DNA of 64,000 bases from an uncultured Pseudomonadota bacterium (GCA_963824565.1 CAWGQB010000026.1:21438-85437), one strand, 5' to 3'; shown: positions 22,595 through 35,282, numbered from the stretch's first letter. A program made the numbers and translations. Notes: a model not told the origin generated them from the letters alone.

Positions 22595-22816
22595 TGTGCG
22601 GAGTTGTATAGCACAATGGTAGATGGCGCTGGCTTGCCACTTGCGCTTCTCCGAAGAGGTTGCGCGGCGGATCGGCATGCGGGTCGGAACGACAGCGACT
22701 CGTTCAGGACGCGCCGCCTAACTCAATTGGGCCACTTTCGTTCCCGGCCATAATGTCGAATATTGTCAGCTTCTGCTATCATCTCATGAGCCGGAAGCGA
22801 ACGAATCGGAGCTGCA

Positions 22817-23086
22817 GTGATGAATGTCTCTCTCACCTCCGAACTGGAAAAAATGGTTGCTGAACGAGTCGCGTCGGGCCGTTACGCCTCGGCCAGTGAG
22901 GTAATTCGCGAAGCGCTGCGGCTTCTGGACGAGCGCGACCAGCTCCATCAACTGCGCCAAGATGTGCGCCTCGGGCTGGAGCAGCTCGCCCAAGGGCGCC
23001 ACCGGCCCTTTGACGACCACACGCTGGAACGCATCAAGAGTCAAGGGCGCAAACGAGCCGCGCATGGCAAGGCCAGCACGCGTTGA
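22817..23086 (+). CDS. parD: ParD-family (RHH, CC2985-type) antitoxin
   Basis: MNVSLTSELEKMVAERVASGRYASASEVIREALRLL is the canonical ParD/COG3609 N-terminus. Its stop overlaps the parE start (TTGA). Confidence 0.85.
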   Translation: MMNVSLTSELEKMVAERVASGRYASASEVIREALRLLDERDQLHQLRQDVRLGLEQLAQGRHRPFDDHTLERIKSQGRKRAAHGKASTR

Positions 23087-23374
23087 AGGAGGTCGTACTT
23101 TCAGAGCTCGCCGAGGCCAACCTGACGGACATCTGGGTTTTCATAGCACAAGACGACACCGACGCTGCTGACAGCCTGATCGGCCAATCCACGAGAGGTG
23201 TAGGCTTCTCGCTGCCACGCCCAAAGCCGGTCGTCAGCGACTCGAATTGGACCCTTCGATCCGAAGTTTCGCGGTCGGGAACTACGTCATCTTTATCGCG
23301 AAAGCGCTCGCGGCATCGAGGTGGCCCGCGTGCTACATGGTCGTCGTGACATCGTCACCATTTTCCGTTCATGA
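23083..23374 (+). pseudogene. parE: ParE-family toxin, 2 frameshifts (about 23190 and 23295)
   Basis: N-terminus LSELAEANLTDIWVFIAQDDTDAADSLIGQ, middle IHERCRLLAATPKAGRQRLELDPSIRSFAVGNYVIF, and C-terminus YRESARGIEVARVLHGRRDIVTIFRS* each lie in a different frame. Confidence 0.8.
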
Positions 23375-23460
23375 ACAGCAAAGATAGGCTTTGTAAAGGA
23401 GGACTTCAAAGGCGTCCCGGAAACGAAGTCCGTAGCATAATGTTGGCCAAATTGAAGGAA

Positions 23461-24459
23461 CTAGAGCGCTGACGTCACAATCGAGACGAAGTCGGCGGCG
23501 CGTGCTGATACGGAATAGCTTTGTTCCACTGTCAGGCGGGATCGCGCGCCCATCGCGATGCGCAGCGCCGGGTCGCGCGCCAGTGTTTTGACTGCGGCAA
23601 GCCATTGCTCGTCAGTGTCGGGCAGCAGGCCGGTGATTCCGTCGCGGATGATCTCACGATGGACGCCCACCGGATTGGCGATAGTGGGGATCCGCGCGGC
23701 GCCGTATTGCAGCACCTTCAGACCGCATTTGCCTTTGCTCCAGACATCATCCGGCATCCAACTGATTCCGAAATCCGCCTGCGCGAGGGCTGACGCTTCC
23801 GTTTCCTGCGCCCACGCGACCGGGATTACCGGCAGAGGATCGAAGGTGGCGAAGCGATCGCAAATCAGGCGCAGGCGCAGGCCGGGAATCTCCCGGCCAA
23901 GCCGCTGCAACAGCACGCACTGCGTTTCAAGTCCGGCGAGCGTGCTCGACGACCCGATCCACACCATCTCAAAGCCGTCGCGGCGCGATCGACCGGCGCG
24001 CGGCGGATATTTATCGAGCTCCACGCAGGTCGGAACGACCGCGACTTTTTCGGGACGCGCACCACACTCGATCGCGCAGCCCTTGAGGAAGGCGTTTCCG
24101 GCGATCACCGTGTCGGCGCCCCGGACGATGGCGCTGAATCGGCGTGCGCGTTGGACGCTTGAATGGCCGCGCGGATGGTAGGAATCGCGATAAAGCATCG
24201 CGTCGTCGAAGTCGTAGATGAGCCGGCGCGCTACCGCGCGCAGGTATCGAAACTCGATGAACGGCAACAGTTGCCGTTGCAGCAACACGGCGTCGAAGTG
24301 ACGCAGGCGCGAAAAGAGCTTAACCCGCTCCAAAGCGCCGCGCGGAATGGGTTCGAGCGTCAGCGAGCATCCGGCGCGGGCCAGGGCGGGAGCAAAGGCT
24401 TGCAGCCGATAGCGCGCGCTGACGTGTTCCGGCGCTTCTATCAATGCGATTGCTTGCAA
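23461..24459 (-). CDS. Family 1 (GT4-like) glycosyltransferase
   Basis: Intact 332 aa with a GT-B C-terminal half (KVLQYGAARIPTIANPVGVHREIIRDGITGLL). Confidence 0.7.
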   Translation of the reverse strand: MQAIALIEAPEHVSARYRLQAFAPALARAGCSLTLEPIPRGALERVKLFSRLRHFDAVLLQRQLLPFIEFRYLRAVARRLIYDFDDAMLYRDSYHPRGHSSVQRARRFSAIVRGADTVIAGNAFLKGCAIECGARPEKVAVVPTCVELDKYPPRAGRSRRDGFEMVWIGSSSTLAGLETQCVLLQRLGREIPGLRLRLICDRFATFDPLPVIPVAWAQETEASALAQADFGISWMPDDVWSKGKCGLKVLQYGAARIPTIANPVGVHREIIRDGITGLLPDTDEQWLAAVKTLARDPALRIAMGARSRLTVEQSYSVSARAADFVSIVTSAL

Positions 24460-24571
24460 GCGCCAATCCTCTCAGTGGGCGGAAAAAGATTTTCGCCGGA
24501 TTAAAACGGTAGCCTGGAAGCATGCGCGCCTGTTTGCACCAAGGAAAGCCGAGACTGCCCAGGACCAATCG

Positions 24572-24985
24572 TCAAGCGCCGGACGGCGGCTTCTGTTTCA
24601 ATTCGACCACGTTGCCTTCGGGGTCGCGGATATAGACCGACAGGCCCATCCCATGCGCGCCATAACGGGTTGAGGGCGCGCCGATCATGCTCTACACCGC
24701 GATCGTGCAGATAGGCGACCAGGCCTCGAAGTCGGCGGTTTCAACGCCCAGGCAGAAATGATCCACATTGCGCCCGCTCTCCGGTGACCTTTCGGGAGCC
24801 GGAACCAGGTCAATCAACGAACGGCCGGCGCGCAACTGGACCAGCCCGATCGGTTCGAGGCGCCGCTCCTCGCTGAGACCCAAAACCTCCACGTAAAACT
24901 TCAGCGCCCGCTCCCGGTCGGCGCATCGGATCACTACATGATCTATTTCGTCGATCCGAAACGGTCTTGCGATGGATTCCGGCAT
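24572..24985 (-). pseudogene. VOC/glyoxalase-bleomycin-resistance family protein, 2 frameshifts (about 24720 and 24690)
   Basis: IDHVVIRCADRERALKFYVEVLGL... and the C-terminus GMGLSVYIRDPEGNVVELKQ are recovered only by switching frame twice. Confidence 0.7.
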
Positions 24986-25100
24986 GGTTCGGAGTCTAGC
25001 ACTAACAGGATATTGAGAAAGTCAGTTGATCGAGTGGTAGGGCCGCGCGCTCTCAGCGCCTGCGTGACGCGGGCGCGGTGAGGTTGGCCATTTTGTGAAT

Positions 25101-27306
25101 TCAAGAACCTGCGCTCCGGGGCGTGTCGCGCAATAAGTCAACGGCGAGCCGCCATACTACCCTGACCGGGTCGCCACTGGTCAACGCCGCGAACAGTGTC
25201 AGTGAGCGGCCGGGAACTTCGTACTCATGGCCGGTCTTTATCGTCGCCGTCTCACCGCGCTCGGGATCGTTGGTATCGATAAAAGTCAGCCATTGATCCC
25301 CGCCGACGCACTCCGGGAGAATGAATTTGACCACCTCGTGATGGGCGTTCAGCACTATCAATAGAGTTACGTCGGAAGCCCGCCGCTTGATTCCGCTGGT
25401 TTGGGCTCTTCCATCAATTAGCATGCCAAAGCATCGCATGTTGCCGTCCGCCCACTCCGACTCTCCCATCTCGGCGCCGGAAGCATTAATCCAGGTGACG
25501 TCTTTGACCTCCAGCTCCTGGTTATATTCGGCGGTGAGAAAGCGCCCGCGGCGAAGTATGGGAAGAGCCTGGCGCAAACGAATCAGCTTGCGGGTAAAGT
25601 CGATTAGCGATTTCCCCTCTTCGCCGATTCCGTCCCAGTCAAGCCAGCTGATTTCATTATCCTGGCAGTAAGCGTTGTTGTTTCCTTTCTGAGTCCGGCC
25701 TAACTCATCCCCGGCAAGGAGCATCGGCGTTCCCTGCGAAAAGAACAGGGTGGCGAGAAAATTGCGCTTCTGGCGCTCGCGCAGCTTTTTTGATTTCAGG
25801 GTCATCGGTGGGACCCTCCGCGCCGCAGTTCCAGGAAAGATTATTCGAAGTGCCATCCTGGTTATTCTCGCCATTGGCTTCGTTATGCTTATCGTTGTAC
25901 GACACCAGGTCATTGAGCGTAAAGCCGTCGTGAGCGGTCACAAAGTTGACGCTGGACCACGGCTTACGCCCTCGTTTATTGAATAAATCGCTCGAACCGG
26001 CAAGGCGCGACGCCATCTCAGGCACCTTTCTTTCATCGCCCTTCCAGAAACTTCTGACGGTGTCACGATAGCGATCGTTCCACTCTGCCCATCCCGGAGG
26101 AAAGGATCCAACCTGATAACCTCCAGGTCCGCAATCCCATGGCTCCGCGATCAGTTTCACCTCGCTCAAAACCGGATCCTGCCGGCAACTGTCCAGAAAT
26201 CCACCGCCTTGATCGAAACCCGTGCAGCTCGCGTCCGAGAATTGTTCCCAGATCGAAGCGAAACCCATCGACATGCATCTCCGTGACCCAGTAACGCAAG
26301 CTGTCGGTTACCATCTGCAGCACGCGCGGATGGCTCAGGTTCATGGTGTTTCCCGTACCCGTATCGTTAATGTAGTAGCGCGGTTTATCCGGTAAAAGAC
26401 GATAATAGGAGGCGTTGTCTATGCCCCTGATACGAAAGCGTCGGACCTCGTTCATTACCTTCCGCAGTATGGTTGTAAACCACGTCAAGAATGACTTCCA
26501 GGCCCGCGTCATGGAAATGAGCGACCATCTGTTTGAACTCCGTAACCGCCCCGGTTGCGAAGTAGCTAGGATCCGCCGCGAAGAAACCGATCGTGTTGTA
26601 GGCCCAATAGTTAGTCAGCCCCCTGTCGAGTAGCTGGCTGTCGTTGACGAAGGAATGGATCGGGAGCAACTCCACGGAAGTCACGCCCAGACTTCTGATG
26701 TAATCGATGACTTCCTGGCGCGCCAGGCCGGCAAAACTGCCGCGGATATCCTTCGGCACCATTGAATTGCGCTTGGTGATAGCCTTTGACATGCAGCTCG
26801 TAAATGATCGTCCGATCCCACGGCACCCGCGGCCTCCGATCACGAGACCAGGTGAAGGCCGGATCGATTACCACGCACTTGGGCATCAGCGCAGCACTAT
26901 CGCGCTCATCGAACGTGAGATCGTCACCCTCGGCCCCCAAGGTATAACCGAACAGCTCAGGACCCCGCTTGAGTTGGCCGATGTGCGCTTTCGCATAAGG
27001 ATCGAGCACCAGCTTGTTGGGATTGAAGCGATGGCCCGCTTCAGGTTCATAGGGACCATGTACGCGATACGCATAGACGGTTCCCGGACCGACGTCAGGC
27101 AGATATCCATGCCACACTTCGTCGGTGTATTCGGGCAGCTCGACGCGGTGGGCCTCTTGCGTGCCGGTCGGATCAAACAGACATAATTCGACTTTTGTGG
27201 CGTTGGCTGAGAACAGGGTGAAGTTGACCCCCAGGCCATCCCAGGTTGCGCCCTGAGGACTTGCGTTGCCCTCCCAGATGCGGATGGCTGTTGCGTCACT
27301 CGGCAT
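25101..27306 (-). pseudogene. glgX: Glycogen debranching enzyme GlgX (isoamylase type), about 4 frameshifts (about 26790, 26450, 26260 and 25800)
   Basis: [55 protein letters not shown] and [10 protein letters not shown] occur in order across five ORFs on one strand. Confidence 0.85.
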
Positions 27307-27571
27307 TTTTTGGTTTCCTCCGACAATGCGACTTTGTCGCGCAATCCGGCGCAACGACCTCTTCGGTCAGCACGGCACGGTCAATTTCCGCACGGTTACG
27401 TTTTATGCAAGAGCGTTAGTTCCAGCGGCGGAGCAACCGTCAAATCGATCCCGATGCCCACCCGCGGTTTGAGGGTGGTCGAAAGTAATATCCAAGTTTA
27501 AGTCTATGATGATTCCCACGACGGCTAGTTGAGATCAAACGTGGCTATATACATGGTCTCCGGCAGGGGAG

Positions 27572-28129
27572 CTACGGGTTTTTGGCGCGCTCGATTCCCT
27601 GCGTGATGAGTTGCAAGGCCTCAGGAGTATCGAGCCAGTGGCTGACAATGGTCCATTTTCCTTCTTCAAGATCCTTGTAGTGGCGAAAGAAATGGGCGAT
27701 CTGGTCCCGCAGGATCGTGGGTAAGTCCATATAGCTTGCCAAACCCTTGAAAAACGGATCGAGCTTGTCGATCGGGACTACCAGGAGTTTTTCATCAGGC
27801 CCCGCTTCATCGGTGGTTTGGAGCGCCCCGATAGGTCGGCAACGTACAACGGTTCCGGGTATGAGGGGAACTTGGGTAATCACTAAGGCGTCGCAGGGAT
27901 CGCCATCCTGGGCCAGAGTATGCGGGATGAAGCCGTAGTTGGCCGGGTAAACCATCGAGGTATTGAGAAATCGGTCCACATAAAGCGCGCCGGAGTCTTC
28001 GTCGAGCTGATATTTGACCGGAACGCCGCCCTGGGCGATTTCGATTATGACGTTGACTTCATGTGGCGGATTCCGCCCGGCGCCGATTTTTTTCAGGTCC
28101 ACGTGCTTTTGCGCTCTCCGGATGCCCAT
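27572..28129 (-). CDS. ppa: Inorganic pyrophosphatase (family I)
   Basis: NVIIEI..G...KYQLD, YPANYGFIP.T...DGDP.D and VVPIDKLDP motifs. Intact 185 aa. Confidence 0.9.
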   Translation of the reverse strand: MGIRRAQKHVDLKKIGAGRNPPHEVNVIIEIAQGGVPVKYQLDEDSGALYVDRFLNTSMVYPANYGFIPHTLAQDGDPCDALVITQVPLIPGTVVRCRPIGALQTTDEAGPDEKLLVVPIDKLDPFFKGLASYMDLPTILRDQIAHFFRHYKDLEEGKWTIVSHWLDTPEALQLITQGIERAKNP

Positions 28130-28394
28130 TAAGTAAAGCGAGACTAATCGGAATCTCCGCTGTTAGGATAATTTTAAGCCTGTGCCGCCAGATTAGCGAG
28201 CGAGAACTGAGGTGGCTCTGATCGGAATTGTCGCGGTCTCGTTCAAATTGGCTTGGCTAGATATCAGCGAGGACGATATCAAGAGCGGCCGGCGTCGTGT
28301 TCGCATTACAGCAGGAGAGGGCTTCCACGGAACGAAAAATCATCCACAAGATTTGCAGGAGAGCCAAAAGGACTAATCATTACCCAGGTAAATG

Positions 28395-29601
28395 TCAGGC
28401 GGTACGTCCGGCCTCAATCTTGGCGGCGGCCGCTTTGCGCGGCGGGAAGGTCAGTACCACCCGCTCCGCGCCCGACACCGCTTCTGTTACCATCCGTGCC
28501 ACGTCGAGGGCGGTTTCGGCTTCTTCGACTTCGTCCAGGCGTGCGTGGGTTTCCGGATGGCGCGGGATGAACAGCGTGCAGCAGTCCTGGTCAGGGATGA
28601 TCGAGACCTCGAAGGTATCCAGGCGGCGCGCCTGCTCGATGATCTCATTTTTGTCCATCCCGGCCAGCGGGCGCAGGACCGGCAACGTCGCGGCCTGCTC
28701 GATTACCTGCATGTTCTCGAGGGTCTGCGACGCGACCTGACCCAGACTCTCGCCCGTCACCAGCGTCTGGGCGCCGATTTCGGCTCCAATCGCGCTCGCA
28801 ATCCGCATCATGAAACGGCGGTACAACACTACCCGCAGCGGCCGGCGCGCACGCGCCACGATTTCGCGCTGCAAGAGTCCGAACGGCACCAGGAAGAGAC
28901 TGGCGCGGCCTTGATAGCGGGTCAGATGTGCGGCCAGCTCGCGCGCCTTCTCCTGGCTGGTGCGCGAGAGCAGCGGATAGCTGTGAAAGTGGACGAAATC
29001 CAATTTGAGTCCGCGGCGCATCATCCGATATGCGGCGACCGGCGAATCGATCCCGCCCGAGAGCAGCGCTGCCCCGCGTCCGCTAATCCCGACCGGCAGG
29101 CCGCCCGCCCCCGGATGCTTGCCGATGGACAAAAAGGCGTGGCCGGTGAAAATCTCGATATTGATCGTCAGTTCGGGATTATCCAGGTCGACCGCAATCC
29201 CCAACGCCGCCTGTACCGCGCTCCCGATTTGCCGATCCACTTCCATCGAATTGAGCGGAAAGCCCTTGTTCTCGCGCCGGGTACGAACCGCAAAGCTCCT
29301 TGGCCGTGGTGCCTCGAACGGCAGCCAGGACTTCGCGCTCGATGCTTTCCAAATCCGCCGGCACGCTGCGGCTGAGCGAAAAATTTTGCCAGCCGAACAG
29401 CAGCGCGCCGCGCTCGATCGCGGTCGCGTCGTCGAGTCCGTCGGGTAATTCGACCACCAGCCGCGGTCCTTCACTGCGAATCGCGCCGAGCCGGTAGTCG
29501 CCGAGGATGTCGCGCAGGTTGCGCTTAAGTTGGGCGACAAAACGCCAACGGTTTTGACCCTTGAGCGCGACCTCATGATAACGTCCAATCAAATAACGCA
29601 T
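28395..29601 (-). pseudogene. thiI: tRNA 4-thiouridine synthase ThiI, one frameshift near 29310
   Basis: N-terminal ferredoxin-like/THUMP part (MRYLIGRYHEVALKGQNRWRF) lies in ORF 29179..29622. The PP-loop LLSGGIDSPVAAY and the rest lie in ORF 28395..29588. Confidence 0.85.
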
Positions 29602-29664
29602 ACGTCCCGAAACAATTAGCATAGAGTGCCCCAGAACACCCCGCGGGTCGACCGGGGATTTCGG

Positions 29665-29966
29665 TCATTCGATTCCTTCAATGAACATGGACCTATCAAT
29701 ATTCCTCGCTCCGTGCAGGACACGCACTACCTGAACGCCCCCAGGAATGATTCGGTAAAGAATGATATCGGGAGACTCCGCAAGAACCCTGGCTTCAGAA
29801 ACTATGTCCGGCCTGGGCGGGCCCGCTTCAGGAAAGCGTTTCAATATTTCCACGCGCGCTTCGAGACGGTTGTACAGCCTTTCGGCTGCGGCGGTATTAA
29901 GCGATGCAATTCGAGCCAGATGTCGATGAGGTCGAGGCGGGCGCGGGCAGTATGGCGGACCTGCAT
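29665..29966 (-). pseudogene. parE: ParE-family toxin, one frameshift near 29912
   Basis: True N-terminus MQVRHTARARLDLIDIWLE (ATG 29966) is in one frame. IASLNTAAAERLYNRL...VQVVRVLHGARNI is in the ORF-track frame. Confidence 0.8.
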
Positions 29967-29972
29967 CCACCC

Positions 29973-30239
29973 TTATCCTTTCCTCTTGCGCAACCCCAGT
30001 TCATGCTGCGCCGCCCGGCGCAGATCGGCAAAATCAAGTTCCCCGGCATCACCACTGTCGATCCCCTCCTTCCAAGCGCGCCGCAGGACGTTTATCCGTT
30101 CGGCTTCCTGCCGGTCAGCGCGCTCAAGGAGTCTCAGGGCCTTATGCACGACCTCGCTGGTTGAGGTGTAGCGTCCGGACTCGACTTTGGCTTTTATCAG
30201 GCTGATGAGTTCGGGCGTCAATGATACGGAAATATTCAT
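29973..30239 (-). CDS. parD: ParD-family antitoxin
   Basis: MNISVSLTPELISLIKAKVESGRYTSTSEVVHKALRLL, a paralogue of the 22817 copy. Confidence 0.85.
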   Translation of the reverse strand: MNISVSLTPELISLIKAKVESGRYTSTSEVVHKALRLLERADRQEAERINVLRRAWKEGIDSGDAGELDFADLRRAAQHELGLRKRKG

Positions 30240-30433
30240 CGAACCGTACTCTATTAATTTTTAATACTTTTCACATCATGATTCGGTGCCGTTCCATGTG
30301 CAAGAAAGGCTCTCACAAAAAGGCGTGGACGGACCCCAGTTCAGGCCTTCCGGTTGAGCCCGACCGAACCGGTCGACATCGCCGGCAGCTTTCTGATCGG
30401 CGCCGTTCGCTGCTAGCATCGGGAGCAGAACCG

Positions 30434-31002
30434 ATGGCATACGAGCAGATTGAAATTTTGCGCAAGCAGCTGGTTCCGCTGCATACTCCCGACGATCACG
30501 CGGAAGCGAAAGGACGCGTCCGCGCCGGGGTGCTGGTGCCGATCTTTGACCGCGGCGGGGAGCTTTACGTGCTGTTTATTCTCCGCTCGAATACGGTCGC
30601 GACCCATCAAGGCCAGGTTTCTTTTCCGGGCGGCCGGGCGGAGCCGGAGGATGGCGACATCGTAACCACAGCCCTGCGCGAGGCCGAGGAAGAAGTGGGG
30701 CTCCGCCCTGAGACCGTCGAAGTGCTGGGGCGTTTGACGACCAGCGTACCATGACCAGCAACTACCTGGTGACTCCGATTGTGGGCGTTATCGGAGTGCC
30801 GACCGACCTGCGGGCTGATGAACACGAAGTAGCGGAGATTTTCAGTGTTCCAGTCGCGGCTCTGAAAGACCCACGGTTTCGCGGCCAGTACAAATGGAGA
30901 TCGGGCGGCTCGGCCGGGGAATATCCGGCGATCTTTTATGGCTCGCAACCGATTTGGGGGCTGACCTTGCGGATCACGGAGGAATTGCTCGGGCTGCTCT
31001 GA
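30434..31002 (+). pseudogene. NUDIX hydrolase, CoA-pyrophosphatase-like, one frameshift near 30740
   Basis: Nudix box GGRAEPEDGDIVTTALREAEEEVGL. The C-terminal half (ORF 30751..31002) is in another frame. The likely start is ATG 30434 (MAYEQ). Confidence 0.75.
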
Positions 31003-31066
31003 GAAGCCAGACTCACTGATCAGGTGCTGAGACGGCGTTTTATCTGCAACCGAGTCACTTGAAAGA

Positions 31067-31517
31067 ATGAGCGAAGACAAGTCATCACTCCCGCAGATCG
31101 AACTTAACCGAATAATCCGCGAGAACCGCGTCGATGATTACCCGTCGACTAATCGCGCCTTGGGGATGCGTCCGCTTGAATTCGGGCCGGGAACATCAAG
31201 CTGGCTGTGGGAAACCCCACCGAATAACACCATAAATCCGTTCGGAACCGTGCAGGGTGGCTATCTCGCCGTGTTTATCGACGAGATCCTCTCGACCGCA
31301 ATCGGTTCGGTGCTGGAAGAGGGCGAGTGGGCGGTCACTGCGGAGCTCAAACTGAGCTACCTTCGTGCGGTGCGTCCACGGCGGCTCGAAGGGCGTGGCC
31401 GGGTGATCAGGCGCACCCGCACGATCGCCTTTATGGATGCGGAGATTCAGCGATGAAGCCGCGGAGCTTGCGGTGGCGGCCAGCTCGACCTGGGCGATTT
31501 CCAGATTAAAGACGTAA
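31067..31517 (+). pseudogene. PaaI/hotdog-fold thioesterase, one frameshift near 31450
   Basis: GTVQGGYLAVFIDEILSTA block. The expected tail DEAAELAVAASSTWAISRLKT* is in the next frame. Confidence 0.7.
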
Positions 31518-31643
31518 CTGCAGCAGGCCTGGCACGGACGTAGCCGGCCGCATTGACAAGTGTATGTGTCATGCCTTACGCTTCTGGGTCTCTACCTTCG
31601 AAACCTTTTAATGACGCCGCGCTTTTCCTGATATTATCCTCCC

Positions 31644-32984
<1,341 letters not shown>

Positions 32985-33010
32985 AATACTAAGGGAGTAA
33001 ACTCAGCCAA

Positions 33011-33265
33011 ATGGCGTTAGTGATCAGGTTGCGTCGTCAGGGGGCGCGTAAGAAACCGTTTTTTCGAATCGTGGTCGCCGAATCGAGTTCGCCGCGCGAT
33101 GGGCGATGTGTGGCACAAATCGGCACCTATGATCCGGCATCCGATCCCCCAAAGGTGAGCCTGAAGGCCGATCAGGTGGAACGATGGCTCAAGGTGGGCG
33201 CACAGCCCAGTTCCACAGTGAAAAACCTCCTTGGCAGGGCGCAGCAGCAGACCATGACGGCTTAA
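33011..33265 (+). CDS. rpsP: 30S ribosomal protein S16
   Basis: MALVIRLRRQGARKKPFFRIVVAESSSPRDGR. Follows ffh in the conserved order. Confidence 0.95.
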   Translation: MALVIRLRRQGARKKPFFRIVVAESSSPRDGRCVAQIGTYDPASDPPKVSLKADQVERWLKVGAQPSSTVKNLLGRAQQQTMTA

Positions 33266-33289
33266 GAAATCTTATGCTGGAGCCGACCC

Positions 33290-33526
33290 ATGAAGGATCT
33301 AGTCCTGTTCCTGGCTAAACACTTGGTCAACAATCCTGATGCGGTCGAGGTGAAAGAGACCCAAGGCGATACCGCCTCGGTGCTTGAGCTGCGGGTGGCG
33401 AAGGAAGATCTTGGCCGGATAATCGGCAAGCAAGGCCGAACGGCCAAGTCAATCAGGACCATTCTTAACGCGGTTGCGTCGCGCACCAACCGCAAGGTGG
33501 TGCTCGAAATCATCGAAGAGAAGTAA
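33290..33526 (+). CDS. KH-domain RNA-binding protein (YlqC/UPF0109)
   Basis: LRVAKEDLGRIIGKQGRTAKSIRTIL (GxxG KH motif). Conserved position between rpsP and rimM. Confidence 0.9.
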   Translation: MKDLVLFLAKHLVNNPDAVEVKETQGDTASVLELRVAKEDLGRIIGKQGRTAKSIRTILNAVASRTNRKVVLEIIEEK

Positions 33527-33633
33527 CGCGGCGCGGCGTGCTCTGTTCGCGCATACAATTCATACCGATTGTCGCCGGCCGCCACATAAGCATGCCGGCG
33601 TATGTCTCCTGCCCAAGCTCGTGATACACTGCC

Positions 33634-34160
33634 GTGGAACACGTAAAGAACCCGGAGTTCGTCGTTTTTGGGCGCATTGCCGGAGTTCATGGACTTGCAA
33701 GGCGCGCTGCGAGGTGCGCGCGGAAAACTCCGAATCTCCCGATCGCGAGCTAATCAAACGGCTGTTTATCGATCGCGACGGGACGATGGTGGAATATCGG
33801 GTGCGATCCTTCGCGCGCGCCGGTGGCGGTTCACTCAAGGTAAATCTGGAAGGCATCGATACGATCGAACAGGCGCAAGCCCTGCGCGGCCTTACGCTGT
33901 ATATCGCCAGCGCCGACCTGCCGCCTCCGGGCGAAAACGAATTCTATTACTTCCAGGTGATTGGTTTGCTGGTGGAGACCACCGACGGCCAAATCCTCGG
34001 CCACATCGAGGAGGTGTTCTTCAACGGCGCCCACGACGTCTGGGTAGTCAAGGACGGGCGCAACGAGGTTCTGATCCCCGTAATCGACGACGTCGTGCGG
34101 CGCATCGACTACGAGGCCGGACGGGCTACGGTCGACGCGATTCCAGGTCTGCTGGGCTAG
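33634..34160 (-). other. (strand note only; see the rimM entry on the + strand)
   Basis: This is a placeholder and should be ignored. No minus-strand gene is claimed here; the ORFs 33560..33856 and 33831..34181 on the minus strand look like antisense artefacts. Confidence 0.05.
33634..34160 (+). pseudogene. rimM: 16S rRNA processing protein RimM, 2 closely spaced frameshifts (about 33697-33712)
   Basis: A GTG-start frame gives EHVKNPEFVVFGRIAGVHGL, the next frame gives QGALR, and the body plus PRC-barrel are in ORF 33474..34160 (FYYFQVIGL...VLIPVIDDVV). Confidence 0.8.
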
Positions 34161-34225
34161 CCCCCGAAGTTCGCCGCTCATTTGTTAGCCTGGATTATGC
34201 CTCATCGCGCCGGCTGTTTATTTTC

Positions 34226-34371
34226 CCGTAGCGCCGGCCTCCGTGCCGGTTCTTCTAATGTCCGCTCATGACGCGGCTGGCTTGCCCGCCGGCAGGCTGG
34301 CGATGTCGTATACTTCGTCTTCTGGCGTTCCGTAACAAGGAAAAGAACCGGCACGGAGGCCGGCGCTACGG
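34226..34371. repeat. 146-bp element bounded by a perfect 29-bp inverted repeat
   Basis: ccgtagcgccggcctccgtgccggttctt (34226..34254) is the exact reverse complement of 34343..34371. Each arm holds a small ccggc-N6-gccgg hairpin. The element lies directly after rimM. Confidence 0.85.
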
Positions 34372-34436
34372 AATAGGCGCTATGGAATATAAGCGGAAAA
34401 AAGAGGGCGATTGCGTTGCCTACCTTTACTTCGGGG

Positions 34437-35282
34437 CTAGGACGATTGGCGGGTGAACTCCATGTGCCACGATTCCCGGATCCAAACGTCACCATCGCAA
34501 TCGATCGCATGCGAGTTGTTGCATCGCTGTATGACCGAAGCCCCGACCAGCAATTTATCGTTGGGGAGATGGGTGCAGTGAAAGTCGATCATCGAAGTTA
34601 TCAGCCCGGTCGGTCCGGGCAGAAAACCGAGAGTTTTCTCGTACAGCGGCACACTGCTCGAGGTCCTTAGAACCAGGATGCCGCCTCCGGAAAACAAGAC
34701 GTCAGTCTGGCTTTTCTCGACGCCCACCTTCGATTCCACCCAATCTGAAACGACCGGATACTCTGCGGTACTCGAAAAAGTGATATCCGGCGAATTGCCG
34801 GTGTAGTGAAAGCAGAGCACATAATCGGTCGGCGAAATGCCCTGCACCACGGGACCACGACCGTAGGACCACGAATCCGGCTGCGTCATATGGGCTTGCC
34901 AGCAACCCTCGAAATTCCTGGGAAATGGTAGTTTTGGTTCCACCATGGCGACCGACGGCTCTGGCTTGGGGACCGAAGGAATCTCCAGGGAATTCGAGCC
35001 CGGTTTGGCTATCGAGGCCAGATTGGTGCCGGATGCGCCTGGGGAAGCGGGAGCCCTACGGACTGACCATGCCATGCATGACCCGCCAAAGGCCCGGGAA
35101 AACTCCCATTACCGTGAAAGATATGGTGCGACCTTCTCGTCCGGTGAACGGTGAACCCCAAGGTGGCCTCAGGCGCGGGAACCTCCTTGGGGAAGAGGCC
35201 GGCTACCCAACCCTGCCGATAGGTTACATAACCCAGCGCGGCCAAGGACTGCCAAAACCAGAACCAGCCGGAAATGAGCCAT
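34437..35282 (-). pseudogene. Hypothetical exported/lipoprotein, probably at least 2 frameshifts near its 5' end
   Basis: The body is in ORF 34437..35075. A signal-peptide-like start (MAHFRLVLVLAVLGRAGLC, ATG about 35282) lies upstream in another frame. No domain is recognised. Confidence 0.3.

Noticed and set aside
31553-31581. TTGACA followed 17 nt later by TTACGC upstream of ffh, considered as a sigma-70 promoter
   Set aside because: The -35 is perfect but the -10 candidate lacks the invariant A2/T6 pattern. It cannot be supported from sequence alone.
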